A stretch of DNA of 64,000 nt from a virus, in IMG/VR virus record IMGVR_UViG_3300021961_000040, positions 44,075 through 108,074 of that record; one strand, written 5' to 3'. Positions 40,376 through 51,541 of this stretch are shown here, in pieces; position 1 is the first letter of the stretch; each line of letters begins with the position of its first letter. The notes under the pieces were generated by a model that searched no databases, was not told the origin of the DNA, and worked only from the letters and a program-made list of their open reading frames with translations. The position numbers were made by a program, and so were the translations under genes.

Positions 40376-41158
40376 GTGTAAAAGTAACAAAAGAAGAGTA
40401 AAGTAACAAAACAAAGAGGAGGAAATATGAAAAATCTTCATCCAAACATCAGAACACTGGGTAACCACCAGATGGTAACGAATTCTCAACGTGATCGTCA
40501 CATCGATAATATTAACAGCTATAATAACAATTATAGTGATGGGTCAATTTCTTTTTTTGGCGTCGAAATTGACTTCGAGTGGGATAACCAAGTAAAGAGT
40601 TGGCAATGCAGCTTTCCACACATGGTAAATGATGAAGATCTTGTAAGCGCACTTGATAAACTTTATAAGGTTCTTGATACTTCGACTATTGCCTCCACAG
40701 AAGAAGTTTTTTCTGACGAAGCTAAATTGGAATATATCGACTTTATTGAAAAATATGGACATGATAATTCTCGTTCTCCTATTTTTTATGACGGAGAAGC
40801 TTCAACATGGGTCGCCGCACGAGGTAGTAAATATCTTGCAATTAAGGTTAACAAAGTAACTTCTGGAAATTTTGAAGATTGGATTCTTACACCAGAAATT
40901 AGATCCTTTGATCATGATGATGTAGTTTACTTTTACGATGACTGGATGTGAAAATGTACTGTGTAACGATTTATAACAAAAAGAAGCACTGTGATGTAGG
41001 GCCTGCTTTCTTTTCTGGGCATGGTGAAAAATACAAGTCCTTGTCAGATGCAAGAAAAGCTGCCGAAGACTGGCTTGCGCAGCAAAACGAATCAGAAGAT
41101 TTACAAATCAAAGATTTACAAATCAATGCACAGATTGTAGGGTGTCTATAGGTTAATT

Positions 41159-41234
41159 GCCATTGTAGCTCAGTTGGTAGAGCTTCGGTTTTGTAAACCG
41201 ACGGTCGCAGGTTCGACTCCTGTCAATGGCTCCA
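41159..41234 (+). tRNA. tRNA-Thr(UGU)
   Basis: Cloverleaf; anticodon loop TTTGTAA; encoded CCA. Confidence 0.95.
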
Positions 41235-41238
41235 TTTT

Positions 41239-41263
41239 AGAAGTGTGGCCGAGCGATTGAAGG
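41239..41263 (+). pseudogene. 5' remnant of a tRNA-Ser-like gene
   Basis: AGAAGTG-TGGCCGAGCGATTGAAGG resembles the acceptor and D arm of tRNA-Ser; nothing tRNA-like follows. Confidence 0.5.
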
Positions 41264-41333
41264 AATTTAAATGGAAATGTTTTCCTTTTAAAATAAAGAT
41301 ATTGTTCAAAGAAGATATAGAAAAGTTAGAATT

Positions 41334-41421
41334 GGAAGTGACCCGGCTGGATGAGGACACCGCCTTGAAAGCGGCTGGAGTTTAAAAGCTCTTCGGGGTT
41401 CGAGTCCCCGCGCTTCCGCCA
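41334..41421 (+). tRNA. tRNA-Ser(UGA) with atypical position 8 and D arm
   Basis: Loop CTTGAAA, long variable arm, G73, CCA. Confidence 0.88.
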
Positions 41422-41585
41422 CTACTCAATTAAGACAGGTGATAAAATGTATCCTAAGTTTTTCCAAACCATGATGGGGCAGTCTTTCTTTGAAGGTCAA
41501 GTCCCAAGACTTATCAAAGCACTTGAGAAACTAGCCTGTGAGATCCAACGCTATAACGACGCACAAGAAAGAAAAAAGTCAAAGG

Positions 41586-41930
41586 ATGAAAAAGATGTAT
41601 GAATACAGAGCTTTTGTTAGAAAAGTATACGACGGAGATACGATTACAGTTGACATTGATCTAGGCTTTGAAGTAATGCTAAAGAATCAGAAACTTAGGC
41701 TTTACGGAATTAATACGCCCGAAGTTCGAGGAGAATCAAGAGAAGAAGGCACCAAGGTAAGAGATGCTTTGAGAACAAGAATCTCCAACAAGTGGATTAA
41801 AGTCAAGACTCATCGAGATCAAAAGGGTAAATATGGCCGGTGGCTAGCAGAAATTTACGATGATTCCGAAGAGTCAATTAACCAGTGGTTACTTAGTGAA
41901 GGCCATGCAGTAGAATTTATGAAAGGATAA
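41586..41930 (+). CDS. Staphylococcal-nuclease (SNase)-family nuclease
   Basis: VYDGDTI, RLYGINTPE, GKYGRWLA. Confidence 0.9.
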   Translation: MKKMYEYRAFVRKVYDGDTITVDIDLGFEVMLKNQKLRLYGINTPEVRGESREEGTKVRDALRTRISNKWIKVKTHRDQKGKYGRWLAEIYDDSEESINQWLLSEGHAVEFMKG

Positions 41931-41932
41931 AA

Positions 41933-42259
41933 ATGTTAAACGTAACAGATAGTACATTTAAAGAAGAAGTATTAGATTTTGACGGAACAGTCTTTGTTGA
42001 TTTTTGGGCGCCCTGGTGTGGGCCCTGTAAAGTCATGTTACCTATTTATGAAAAACTAGCAGACACTTACACTTCAGAATCTGTTAAGTTTGTCAAGTAC
42101 GAAGCAGGCGCTGAAGATTGCACACAAGCATTAAAAGAATACGGAATCAGCGGAATTCCTACCTTTATTGCTTTTCGTTCGAGCAGAGATCCTATTAAAT
42201 TTGTAGGTGCCGGCGACTTAGAAGGTTTTATTAACAGGACTTTAACATCTAATGATTGA
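41933..42259 (+). CDS. trxA: Thioredoxin
   Basis: VDFWAPWCGPCK, GIPTF. Confidence 0.92.
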   Translation: MLNVTDSTFKEEVLDFDGTVFVDFWAPWCGPCKVMLPIYEKLADTYTSESVKFVKYEAGAEDCTQALKEYGISGIPTFIAFRSSRDPIKFVGAGDLEGFINRTLTSND

Positions 42260-43304
42260 TTACGTAGACATCGTATGTGGTTTGTCTTGGGGTGACGAAG
42301 GAAAAGGTAAAGTAACTTCTCACCTAGTTTCAAAAAATGATTATGATTATGTCTGTCGATGGGCTGGCGGCTCCAATGCTGGACATACTATTTACGTAGA
42401 CGGAAAAAAATACAAGACGCATATTGTTCCAGCAGGCGTGTTTCATGGAATCAAGTCTGTAATTGGCCCGGGCTGCGTATTACATGTAGAGTCTTTTTAT
42501 AAAGAACTCAAATATCTTTCAGAAGCAGGTTTTGATACTTCCCTGGTTAAGGTTTCACCAAGAGCACATATTGTAACAGAAGCTCATCGAAATATTGACA
42601 GCGGCACCTATGCAAAAAGGTTAGGCACGACTTCGTCCGGTATTGGTCCTGCTTATTCAGACAAAGCTTCACGTACAGGAAATCGTGCTCAAGACGTCTT
42701 ACCTGAAAATCTACTTTGGAATGAAAAGTTTGATTCTGACCCAAGAGATTCTGACCCAAGAGATCTCGGTGCAAAGATCTTGTGCGAAGGAGCACAGGGG
42801 ATCTGGTTAGATATCGACTGGGGTAACTATCCGTATGTAACGTCATCTAACACACTACCTTATGCTGCCTGCAGCCTTGGATTCCCGCCCCAGAAAATTA
42901 GACAAGTGTGGGGTTGCGCAAAAGCTTATGACACACGCTCAGGATATGATCCTGAATTTCCAGAAGAACTTGCAGAAGACGCACATCTTAGCTTTCTTCA
43001 AGAAGAGGGTCAAGAGTTTGGAGTCACAACAGGACGCAAGCGTGCTGTAAATTGGTTAAATATTGACAGGCTCATTCGCGCTATGAACATGACAGGGACA
43101 ACTCACCTTGTTGTTTCAAAATGTGATGTGCTAGAAAAGTCAGATGTTATAAAAGTAAAGTTTGCTGGGGGTCGTTTTGAACCCGACACTTACATGAAGA
43201 TTCCTTCTATTTCTAAGTTTGAAAGCTTTATTATCAAGCAAATTAGAGAAAACTGTGAAGAGATTAAAACGATCAAGTTTTCTTATTCACCTGAGACAAT
43301 TTGA
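42252..43304 (+). CDS. purA: Adenylosuccinate synthetase (short form)
   Basis: WGDEGKGK, GGSNAGHT, GIGPAYSDK, EGAQG, YPYVTSS, EFGVTTGRKR. Confidence 0.93.
   Translation: MIDYVDIVCGLSWGDEGKGKVTSHLVSKNDYDYVCRWAGGSNAGHTIYVDGKKYKTHIVPAGVFHGIKSVIGPGCVLHVESFYKELKYLSEAGFDTSLVKVSPRAHIVTEAHRNIDSGTYAKRLGTTSSGIGPAYSDKASRTGNRAQDVLPENLLWNEKFDSDPRDSDPRDLGAKILCEGAQGIWLDIDWGNYPYVTSSNTLPYAACSLGFPPQKIRQVWGCAKAYDTRSGYDPEFPEELAEDAHLSFLQEEGQEFGVTTGRKRAVNWLNIDRLIRAMNMTGTTHLVVSKCDVLEKSDVIKVKFAGGRFEPDTYMKIPSISKFESFIIKQIRENCEEIKTIKFSYSPETI
42732..42764 (+). repeat. In-frame 15-nt tandem duplication in purA (DSDPR x2)
   Basis: GATTCTGACCCAAGA repeated twice. Confidence 0.95.
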
Positions 43305-43414
43305 GCTCGGAGCGCAAGATGTCTTGCACTATATACGTACGTGCGCGAGAGACATATTAGAGTGCAAATAAAATAAAAGTACTTTAAAATAATCTCAAAG
43401 GAAGGGAAAGAGAG

Positions 43415-43876
43415 ATGTTTTCTACGGCACGAAAGAAGGCCCGGGACATTTTGCTTGAAGAAGCAAAGCGTCAAATGTACAGAAATCAGGTTGTCTTTAC
43501 TGAAGACACGAGACCTGTTGACTCTGTCAGGGCACTATACGCTCAACTTAATACAGAGTTGTTTGAAGGTCTCTTGCCTCAAATTGAAGTCAAAATGAAT
43601 AGTCGTCTAAGAAAAACTCTTGGCAAAGCCTTCTATATTATTGAGTCGGGTGGAAAGATTCGTCCGACTAGAATTGAGATTAAGAAGAATCATAAGTGGA
43701 CCCCTCGCTTTCTTAGAAAAGTTATGACTCATGAGATGTGTCATATCTGGGCTTATCACTTCCACAATGAAAAAGGACATGGAAAGATGTTCTGGTCTAA
43801 GATGAAAGAGCTGGGTTATCCAAAGACTCATGTCTGGGATGATGCTTTGACCTGCGAGAAAGATATTTGGTCTTGA
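43415..43876 (+). CDS. SprT-like zinc metalloprotease
   Basis: N..LF.G.LP, HEMCH, HG..F. Confidence 0.85.
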   Translation: MFSTARKKARDILLEEAKRQMYRNQVVFTEDTRPVDSVRALYAQLNTELFEGLLPQIEVKMNSRLRKTLGKAFYIIESGGKIRPTRIEIKKNHKWTPRFLRKVMTHEMCHIWAYHFHNEKGHGKMFWSKMKELGYPKTHVWDDALTCEKDIWS

Positions 43877-44436
43877 GTGTAAAACTCAACAATGATGTGT
43901 TAATATACAAATTACCTAAGTGGAGAAAACAAACTGTATGTCACGTAATGATGATTTGGAAATTGAGTCCGGACCTTATGTTGTGTTGAGCGACGGAAGT
44001 CTTTTTGATGATGCTTTTGAGTGTGAAATCGCTTATATGAGCAGAATTGCCGAAGATGAAGTCTTGATTACACAGAATAGAGGGTGGAAATCGGGTGATG
44101 GGCCAGCTATACATTTTGATGCTGCTGAACCCGACCAAATTTATTCTATTCCTCTTCGAGAAATTATTCGATTTTACTTTGAGAATCACCCAGAAGAGGA
44201 TCCGATGAGATGATTTATACAGCCATCTATTGGAGTACATGCTCTGGTGAGTTTTCTCGGGCAGTTGTTTTTAACGCGTCTTATAATAAAGAAGATGCCT
44301 GGAACATCGCTCTAGAAATGCTGGGTAAACATGAGTGGGAAATGCTCGTTTGTCTTGTTCCGGGCAGCCATGAAACTTGGGCCCCTTGTATGCATTAAGC
44401 CTCACTTAAGTATTAAAATATCAATACGAGGTAAAA

Positions 44437-45177
44437 ATGATCAATTACAACATTATTGAAGAACTTAATAGTTTTACTGAAACGATTGCTGATACCGTTT
44501 GTGAAAGTGTTATGTCGACAAGCTTTGACGCGACCTTTAATGACGAATGGTTTGTAAGTGAGATTCGAGAAAGAGTAAATGTTCCTTTCCCGATCAAACA
44601 GTTCTTTTATCTCGATTTTGACATCCCAAATACAATCAGTTCAATCAACGATGAAACTGACAATATTGTAGTGACAATTGCACTTTTCGTGGGAAATGAT
44701 TCTCTTTCTATTTCTGCAGATAACAGTCCAGTTGATGGATCACCTGTCGGAATGCATATCAATATCTTCCTAACAGACGAATGTGATCTAAAAAGTGATG
44801 TCAACATAGATATTTTTATGTTTGAGCTTGAAAACTCTATTAGACACGAACTTGAGCATATTCTGCAAGAAGAGTTTTCCGAAGCAGTAGAGTACCTTGA
44901 CTATCACAAGATTGATTTTAGATCCTGCAAGGATCCTTCAAGTCTCTGTCTATATCTCGTGCAGCCTGCAGAAGTCTCTGCACATGTTCGAGGTTACGAG
45001 AAGGTATCTCAAACTCATTTTGACTTTTATAGGGCAGTCATTAGTCTTCTTCGTGGATATACTCAGAAAGGATTCTTATCTGATGATGAAGAAATGCGCG
45101 TCTTTTTGTGTTGGAAAGACTGGTTTGAGAGAAATACTTATATTAAAGAAAAGGGAGCAGAACTATGTGCGAAGTAG
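44437..45177 (+). CDS. Acidic HExxH protein
   Basis: IRHELEH and downstream YL.QP.EV.A, similar to 18902-19717. Confidence 0.55.
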   Translation: MINYNIIEELNSFTETIADTVCESVMSTSFDATFNDEWFVSEIRERVNVPFPIKQFFYLDFDIPNTISSINDETDNIVVTIALFVGNDSLSISADNSPVDGSPVGMHINIFLTDECDLKSDVNIDIFMFELENSIRHELEHILQEEFSEAVEYLDYHKIDFRSCKDPSSLCLYLVQPAEVSAHVRGYEKVSQTHFDFYRAVISLLRGYTQKGFLSDDEEMRVFLCWKDWFERNTYIKEKGAELCAK

Positions 45178-46401
45178 TTTCCTTGTCTGAATACAAAAAG
45201 TCTCTTGAGAAAAAGCAGACTCAGATTGAGCTAGATTTTCTCTATCAACAGGTAGATGAAATTATGGAGAAAATTGGCGAAATCGAACCAGAACCCTTTT
45301 ATAATAACGACGAAATTGTTGACGGTTTACTTAAGAACGGGCTTCAGCTCGGACCGTCCGAATCTGCGCTTTTTAGCGCATACTATTCCCTGGTTGGTGA
45401 AGGCAGAGAAGATCTGGCTGAGCTTGTCTTGGGAATCCTTGAGATGAAATGAGTGCAAATAATTCCAATATGATTTAAGATAAAATGGGAGCAATAATGA
45501 AGTACTCACTTAAGCAAGTAGTTGTAGATAGCCTCGGAAATCGTGGGCAGATTGTAGACTTTAAAGCTCTTGACGGACAAAACTTTTATCAAGTTTTGCT
45601 TGACAAGGATTGGGCCACAGGAAAGGCAGACTTTTTTCCCGAAGAAAATCTTAGGCTTCCCCCGAGACTCCAGAAGGCATCTTAGGCGCTCTACGTTGAT
45701 CTCTGTTGATCTTTAAAACAATCTATGATTGTATAATCATTTCGAAGGAGAAAAGAAATGAGTGCTTATATCAAGAACGGCGTGTACTATGCCCTCGATG
45801 CTGCAAACAATGAAATGAGCGGGATTTTTTATCCGCATGCTTTCTTTGTCAAGCGCGATGGAGATAATCCGCTTGCTGAGACTATGACTAGCGGTGTATA
45901 TAATTGCAGCGCTTCGGGCCTTGAGGCTCATGTAAATATCGATTACAAGTCTGCTATTGGGTGGGACAAGGTCCCGAAAGGTGTTGAGTATTATATTCTT
46001 TCAGACTCAGAAAGTGATTATGCAGTAACTGCAAATCATGCTCGAGAAAATTATGAGCTTCTTTTCTCATCTGGCCAGGTTCGAAACATGATTTGCAACG
46101 TTGCGCTCGACGTTTTTTACAACACCGGAGAAGATGCCTGGGGAGATAGAACAGCTAACCAAATCGAGGTAGACATGACCATGGCAGAAGCCGCGCAATG
46201 GGACGAAGAGGAGGCAGCATGAAGCACGTGCAGATGTTTTCTGAACTAATGGCAGAAGAACTCGATCGACAGTTTTGGGGAATGATCGATCCAAACCTTT
46301 TTCATGAAATTGCTGAGAATGCAAATAGCAGTTTTGACGACATGACGTCAGATGCGCAGTCTTTGGCGAAGATTATTCAGTATGCGCTGGAGCGTGAATA
46401 A

Positions 46402-46839
46402 GTGAAACAGTCAGCTGGAATTATTCTTTTAGATGTAAGGCACGACCCGGTAAAAATTCTCTGCCTCAGAGCTTACGCCAACTGGGACTTTCCAAAAGGT
46501 CAACTTGATCCAGGAGAAACTCATCAGCAGGCAGCGTTGCGAGAACTCGAAGAAGAGACCGGATACAACATAGATGATATCCGAATGATCGGAAGTCTTC
46601 TCAATACGCCTGAGTCTGTAACTTATGGTAAGGGTAAAAAACAGAAGACAGCAACGTATTTCTACGCTGTTCTGGAAAACTTTGATAAGGAGCCTTACCT
46701 TCCGATCAATCCTGAACTAGGGAAGCCAGAACATGATGAATGGCGATGGGTTTCTGTGGAAGATCTTCCTGACTTGCTTCCTAAGCGGTTACAGCTTATT
46801 GCACAGAAGCTGAGTGCAAGTTCTCAAAACTCGTATTAA
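46402..46839 (+). CDS. NUDIX hydrolase (Ap4A-hydrolase-like)
   Basis: SAGII, WDFPKG, Nudix box G..DPGE....AALRELEEETG. Confidence 0.9.
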   Translation: MKQSAGIILLDVRHDPVKILCLRAYANWDFPKGQLDPGETHQQAALRELEEETGYNIDDIRMIGSLLNTPESVTYGKGKKQKTATYFYAVLENFDKEPYLPINPELGKPEHDEWRWVSVEDLPDLLPKRLQLIAQKLSASSQNSY

Positions 46840-46867
46840 GATATACACACAATAAAGGAGGTGCTTT

Positions 46868-48079
46868 TTGCATCCAAACATTCGTGAGCTGGTCACGCTT
46901 ATCACGTCCGACATTCGTTCCAACGCTGACAAAAAGGAGAAGTGGGCTGACTTCAAGTGTAACAACGTTGAAGAACTGACTCGCCTGCTCCAGCTTGAAG
47001 GTAAGGGGATGGATAATCCTGGTGCACTCATCGGAATTGACTTCGACGAAGATCGAAAGCTCATGTTGCTTAACTACACAGGTCAGGCACACAACTTCCT
47101 TCACGAGATTGAAGGCGGATGGACTCCCGTTCTGCGGCAGCTTCGTGGTTTGATTGTTGCTTATGATGGCGTGCCTCGAATGGTGTCTCGTGGTTTCGAG
47201 AAGTTCTTCAATTACAACGAGCTCCATGAGTGTTCTGTCGAAGGCTTGTCTGAAAAGTTTGGTGCTGATACAAAGTTTCTTGCACGTGAAAAGGCCGATG
47301 GCCATATGATTGAGTATTTTGTTCACAATGATGAACTCTGTGCTTCGACCCGTGGCAAGTTTGGCACTGCAAGCTCCGATCTTGCAACTGACATGTTCAA
47401 TCTTGAAACATTCAACATCGTTTCTGCTAATGTACCGAACGGCGTCATGTCTATCGTTGTCGAGCTTGTTCATCCTGACACTCGAGTCCATGTTGACTAC
47501 GATAGGTCTCATTTGTTCTTGCTCGCTATTTTTGATAAGGATGGTAATCGGTACAGCAATGAGATTCTTGAATCGCTTTGTGAGCAGCCGGAGTTTTTCT
47601 GCTTTACACCGCCTGCGGCGACAATGATGTCTCTCAACGACATGATTGCTGAAATCAACGATCGTAGTGTCGTTAACAACGAAGGTTGGGTCATGGACTT
47701 CGACGGATACCTTGTCAAGTTCAAGTACATCTCGTACATTGGTGAGATGGTCAAGTCCAAGCTTTCCTACAAATATATCATGAACTGCATGAAGAACGAT
47801 CGTCTCGATAAGATGCTCTTTACTCTGCCCGAAGAGATTCGTGAGGAAGCGTATCGAATGGTTGATGATGTTAAGGCAGCATCTGATCGTGCTATTCGGG
47901 CGGGTACTTATCAGCCACTATACGACTTGTTTAATCCAGACATGGAAGGTTCCAAGGGTTATTTTACTCAGGTTTGTCGGACCTATTGGCACGAGCACGT
48001 GATTCCGAACGGTCTGGATGAGGCTCGCCGAGCTGCGCAGGGTCGACTTCCGGCACTTCCATTTGCATTTGCTGGGTAA
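46868..48079 (+). CDS. RNA ligase, T4 Rnl1-like
   Basis: FEKFFNYNE, EKADG (motif I), STRG, EL, EGWV, VKFK; own promoter at 46814. Confidence 0.85.
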   Translation: MHPNIRELVTLITSDIRSNADKKEKWADFKCNNVEELTRLLQLEGKGMDNPGALIGIDFDEDRKLMLLNYTGQAHNFLHEIEGGWTPVLRQLRGLIVAYDGVPRMVSRGFEKFFNYNELHECSVEGLSEKFGADTKFLAREKADGHMIEYFVHNDELCASTRGKFGTASSDLATDMFNLETFNIVSANVPNGVMSIVVELVHPDTRVHVDYDRSHLFLLAIFDKDGNRYSNEILESLCEQPEFFCFTPPAATMMSLNDMIAEINDRSVVNNEGWVMDFDGYLVKFKYISYIGEMVKSKLSYKYIMNCMKNDRLDKMLFTLPEEIREEAYRMVDDVKAASDRAIRAGTYQPLYDLFNPDMEGSKGYFTQVCRTYWHEHVIPNGLDEARRAAQGRLPALPFAFAG

Positions 48080-49223
48080 CGATTCGAGGAAGATCTTTCT
48101 TTCCAATTAGAAAGTCTAATACTCCGAGCCTTGCAAAAGCAAAGAATGCTAAGACAATTCCGATAATAAGAGATCCGAATATCGAATCGAACATACTTTC
48201 TTTTTCCATGTAAATAAATATTCTTCTCGTATGCAGGTTTGTCACTTGTTTGTTACATGCAGACAATGAATCTCCTTCGTACACCCGCCCTTTTTTAACT
48301 TCCCTCAGATGTCTTCAAATGGCCCTCAAAGACGTTGAACGAGACGGAATAAACACTTGGTTTTGGGAGAATGGAACTTTCTCTTGGAACCAGAATGAAT
48401 ATTTTTGGGATTGGAAGTCAAACAAAGAGGAACAGGAAAAATAATGTGGTTTACTGATTATCCTATCACATCTTTTGGTGATACACCCGGTCAAGAAGCT
48501 CCGAAAAGAAAGGTAAGGATTATCTCTCTTGAAAGACATCCGTATGTTTTAGTAGACATATTTGATGTTGATACAAAAAAGACGATCAGAGAATCTATCA
48601 AGTCATTCTATATCTACATCGAGGAGAACGAAGAATGACACGATTAGTTTTGTTAAGTCTTCTTGTAGGGTGTTCACAGGCAGACTACGACGTGATCGAC
48701 ACAGGTGCATTTGAAGAAGTCGTCTGTTCACACCCAAACTCTCAGTTTGAGGCACAGGTAGAAGTTAACTATCAGGATGAAGATTTCACATCAGTTGAGA
48801 TTATTCTGGGACAGAACGAAGAGTTTTGGATTGCAGATTTGCAGCGCCCAAACGAAGATGTCACAACTTGGCATGCAACAATGCAGATTCTCGAGTTCGA
48901 CTGTTACACAGATTTTACATATAACTTTGTTACTGAGAACTAGGCATGACTGATTTTACGGAATTACTATATTTTTGGCTCATTTTAGGATTTTTAACTA
49001 TTTTTTATAGTATTCAGATTTGGGCTCTTGATTTTCTCTTAGTCAAGCTTAAGAACAAGTTTGATATTGGCAGATTTTTTACTCCGCTTTATCTCTTCAT
49101 TATTTGGGTTTTTGGAGGAGAACTTATTGCCTGGGTTTATCTTTTTACTTGTTTGACAGAATAAAGTGTAAAAGGTACAAAAAAGAGTTAAAATAACTAT
49201 GCCAACAACAAAGGAGGCCAATC

Positions 49224-49679
49224 ATGGCTAAGGCAATTGACAACGCAACTGCTGCTTTGATTTCTAATATTCAGAATGGTGACACGACAGCAAATCAGAT
49301 CTTGGCTACTGAAGCTGTAGGACTCTCTGTTCGTGGCTTTATCGAGCTAGACGACAACGGGGATCTTGCTCTGACTGGTAAGGCATTCCGTGCTCTTCGT
49401 CGCTTCGAGAAGGAAAATGAGATTGATGTCGTAACCGAAGCTGTTCGTGGAGTTATTGACGATATTCTTACTGAGCCTGGTGCAGTTACTCAGCACCGCG
49501 CGGTCTGGAATGCAGTCGGAGGTCCTGATAAGTTTGAGCGGGACATTGTTCTGCAGGCTCTCAATGTTCTAAAGGCTGAGGGCGTTCTCAACAATCATCG
49601 GACTAGCGGCAACAATTTCCAGATTTTCTGGAAGCGTGCTGATGATGTTGCTCCTACTCCTGACTTTGAGGAAAACTGA
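49224..49679 (+). CDS. Hypothetical protein, possibly tandem winged-helix
   Basis: GFIE.....LALTGKA and ALNVLKAEGVL patterns; own promoter at 49166. Confidence 0.5.
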   Translation: MAKAIDNATAALISNIQNGDTTANQILATEAVGLSVRGFIELDDNGDLALTGKAFRALRRFEKENEIDVVTEAVRGVIDDILTEPGAVTQHRAVWNAVGGPDKFERDIVLQALNVLKAEGVLNNHRTSGNNFQIFWKRADDVAPTPDFEEN

Positions 49680-50038
49680 TGAGTCGACACGGCAAAAGGG
49701 GCCATGGCCCTGCTTATATCTTTTTGCTTGGAATGATTGTACTTGTCTCTGTTGGAGTCAGCGAAGGAACAGAGTTTGAAGACACAATTACCGTCGAAAA
49801 GACTTGGACCAAGATGCAATGCGACGGGGACGGAAGTTGTCATGACAAGTATCTTGTCCGAGCTACTTCGGGCGAAGTATTTCAGATCACCGACTCTCTG
49901 TATCGAGCTCAGTTCCGAAGCAGTGATATTTGGTCTGATATGGACCCCGGAGAAACTTTCAAGATCAAGGGCGATGGGTATCGATTCGGCTGTACCAGCT
50001 CTTATCGACGTATCTACAGCGTAGAGGCAGTAAAGTGA
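49679..50038 (+). CDS. Membrane-anchored protein (DUF1523-like)
   Basis: N-terminal TM; KYLV....EVF..TDS...F.SSD....G.R pattern. Confidence 0.55.
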   Translation: MSRHGKRGHGPAYIFLLGMIVLVSVGVSEGTEFEDTITVEKTWTKMQCDGDGSCHDKYLVRATSGEVFQITDSLYRAQFRSSDIWSDMDPGETFKIKGDGYRFGCTSSYRRIYSVEAVK

Positions 50039-50326
50039 TGAAAGAACTTTATTTGGTAGAAGTTGTTAGATTTGGAAATCCAGATTTGGGAGTGCATGTT
50101 TTCGGAGTTTTTGATGAATTTGAAAAGATTGCACCCGCTATGACAGAATACAATGCCCACAGGGGCGGAATATATCCCGAATATTACGTCACTAGCATCG
50201 GTGTCGTAAATCCTACGGATTCTGAGTTTAATAGACGACATGGATATAAAGTTGAATATTAGTGTGTAAATAAATCAAAGATGAGTTAAGATACAAAGGT
50301 AAGGCAGGAAATAAACCTTACAAAAT

Positions 50327-50402
50327 GGGCCTATAGCTCAATTGGCAGAGCATCGGACTCTTAATCCGCAGGTTCCAGGTTCGATTCCTGGTGGGCCCAC
50401 CA
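50327..50402 (+). tRNA. tRNA-Lys(CUU)
   Basis: Cloverleaf; loop CTCTTAA; CCA. Confidence 0.95.
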
Positions 50403-50419
50403 TTTAAAAAATAATCAAA

Positions 50420-50492
50420 GGGGATATAGCTCAGCTGGGAGAGCATCTGCTTTGCACGCAGAAGGTCAAGGGTTCGAATCCCTTTGTCTCCA
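50420..50492 (+). tRNA. tRNA-Ala(UGC), CCA not encoded
   Basis: Cloverleaf; loop TTTGCAC; G3:U70. Confidence 0.93.
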
Positions 50493-50497
50493 CTCTT

Positions 50498-50574
50498 CGG
50501 GGTATAGCGCAGCCTGGCAGCGCATCTGGTTTGGGACCAGAGGGTCGTAGGTTCAAATCCTGCTACCCCGACCA
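50498..50574 (+). tRNA. tRNA-Pro(UGG)
   Basis: Cloverleaf; loop TTTGGGA; CCA. Confidence 0.95.
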
Positions 50575-50596
50575 CTTTATTTGACAAATAAGTTAT

Positions 50597-50681
50597 GACA
50601 CCGTGGCCGAGTGGTTTATGGCAGCAGGCTGTTAACCTGCCGGGTTTCCCATCGTAGGTTCGAATCCTACCGGTGTCGCCA
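50597..50681 (+). tRNA. tRNA-Asn(GUU) with long variable arm
   Basis: Loop CTGTTAA; variable arm CGGGTTTCCCATC; G73; CCA. Confidence 0.88.
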
Positions 50682-51213
50682 CTTTTATTTTTTTCATGTG
50701 TGTATAAACACAACTTTTATATTAAAAAAATAATAAAAAGGAAATCATGTCTGAACTTATTGAGAAAGTCTACATCGATCAAGATCAGTGTGAAGAGTTT
50801 GGGTCTGAATATTTTAATTCGTGTGGGCTAGTTATTTCTTGTCGAGAGCTACGTCACAGCAAGCGATATGATAGTGCGCACACAAAGCTTTTTGATACGT
50901 ACCCAGACAGTATTTTTCATCTCCAGCGAGAAGAGAGAGACGCTCCTGGCTGGTATAGCTGGTCTATTTACATTAACCAAAAGGTTTGAAAAATCACTCT
51001 TATTGGTATAGATAAAACTATGAAAGTAATCAAAACAGACAAAAAACCTGTTGCAATTCCAGATTACTATAAGTTTTACTTGAGCTGGTTGAGCAGAGCA
51101 GAGTTGACAGGTGAGAACCATGCTTACACTGAAGCATTTAGGCTTGCTCGCCTGGCAGAAGAATTTGGCTTGGCTGTCATTGAAGACGACGAAACAATGG
51201 AAGATATGATTTA

Positions 51214-51300
51214 GCCAGCGTGGTGGAATCGGTATACACAGGAGATTCAAAATCTCCCGCTCTTTCGAGCTTGCGAGTTCGAGTCTCGCCGCTGGTACCA
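51214..51300 (+). tRNA. tRNA-Leu(CAA)
   Basis: Loop TTCAAAA; long variable arm; CCA. Confidence 0.95.
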
Positions 51301-51364
51301 TTTTAAAATAAAAAGATTTTGAGTGTAAAAACACAAAATAGGTTATAAGATACAAAAGTAATCA

Positions 51365-51421
51365 AGGAAGCTAACAGCAATCTTTTACTTACCGCAATTC
51401 TACAAGTAAAATGCTTCCTGT
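51365..51421 (+). ncRNA. WACAGCAA structured RNA motif, copy 1
   Basis: AGGAAGC/GCTTCCT stem, TAACAGCAA, inner TTTTACTT/AAGTAAAA stem. Confidence 0.65.
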
Positions 51422-51428
51422 CTTTTTA

Positions 51429-51522
51429 AGGGTAGTTACAGCAACATCCAATCAAATGGAGAGAATTGTCTAACAATTCGCACAGTTTGCAAGAGTTCTG
51501 ACAAACTTGCAACCTACCCTGT
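51429..51522 (+). ncRNA. WACAGCAA structured RNA motif, copy 2
   Basis: AGGGTAG/CTACCCT stem, TTACAGCAA, inner hairpins. Confidence 0.65.
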
Positions 51523-51541
51523 TTATTTTATTGGAGATACG

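Noticed and set aside
41334-41421. tRNA-Sec
   Set aside because: Anticodon is UGA (Ser), not UCA, and the acceptor stem is 7 bp
42252-43304. PurZ (diaminopurine genome pathway)
   Set aside because: The motif is GDEGKG with the PurA catalytic Asp, not the Ser-containing GSTGKG of PurZ; no DatZ/MazZ neighbours seen
50318-51355. Minus-strand ORFs 50318-50713 and 50849-51355 (also plus-strand 55207 and 56348 N/C-terminal parts)
   Set aside because: Shadow frames overlapping tRNA genes
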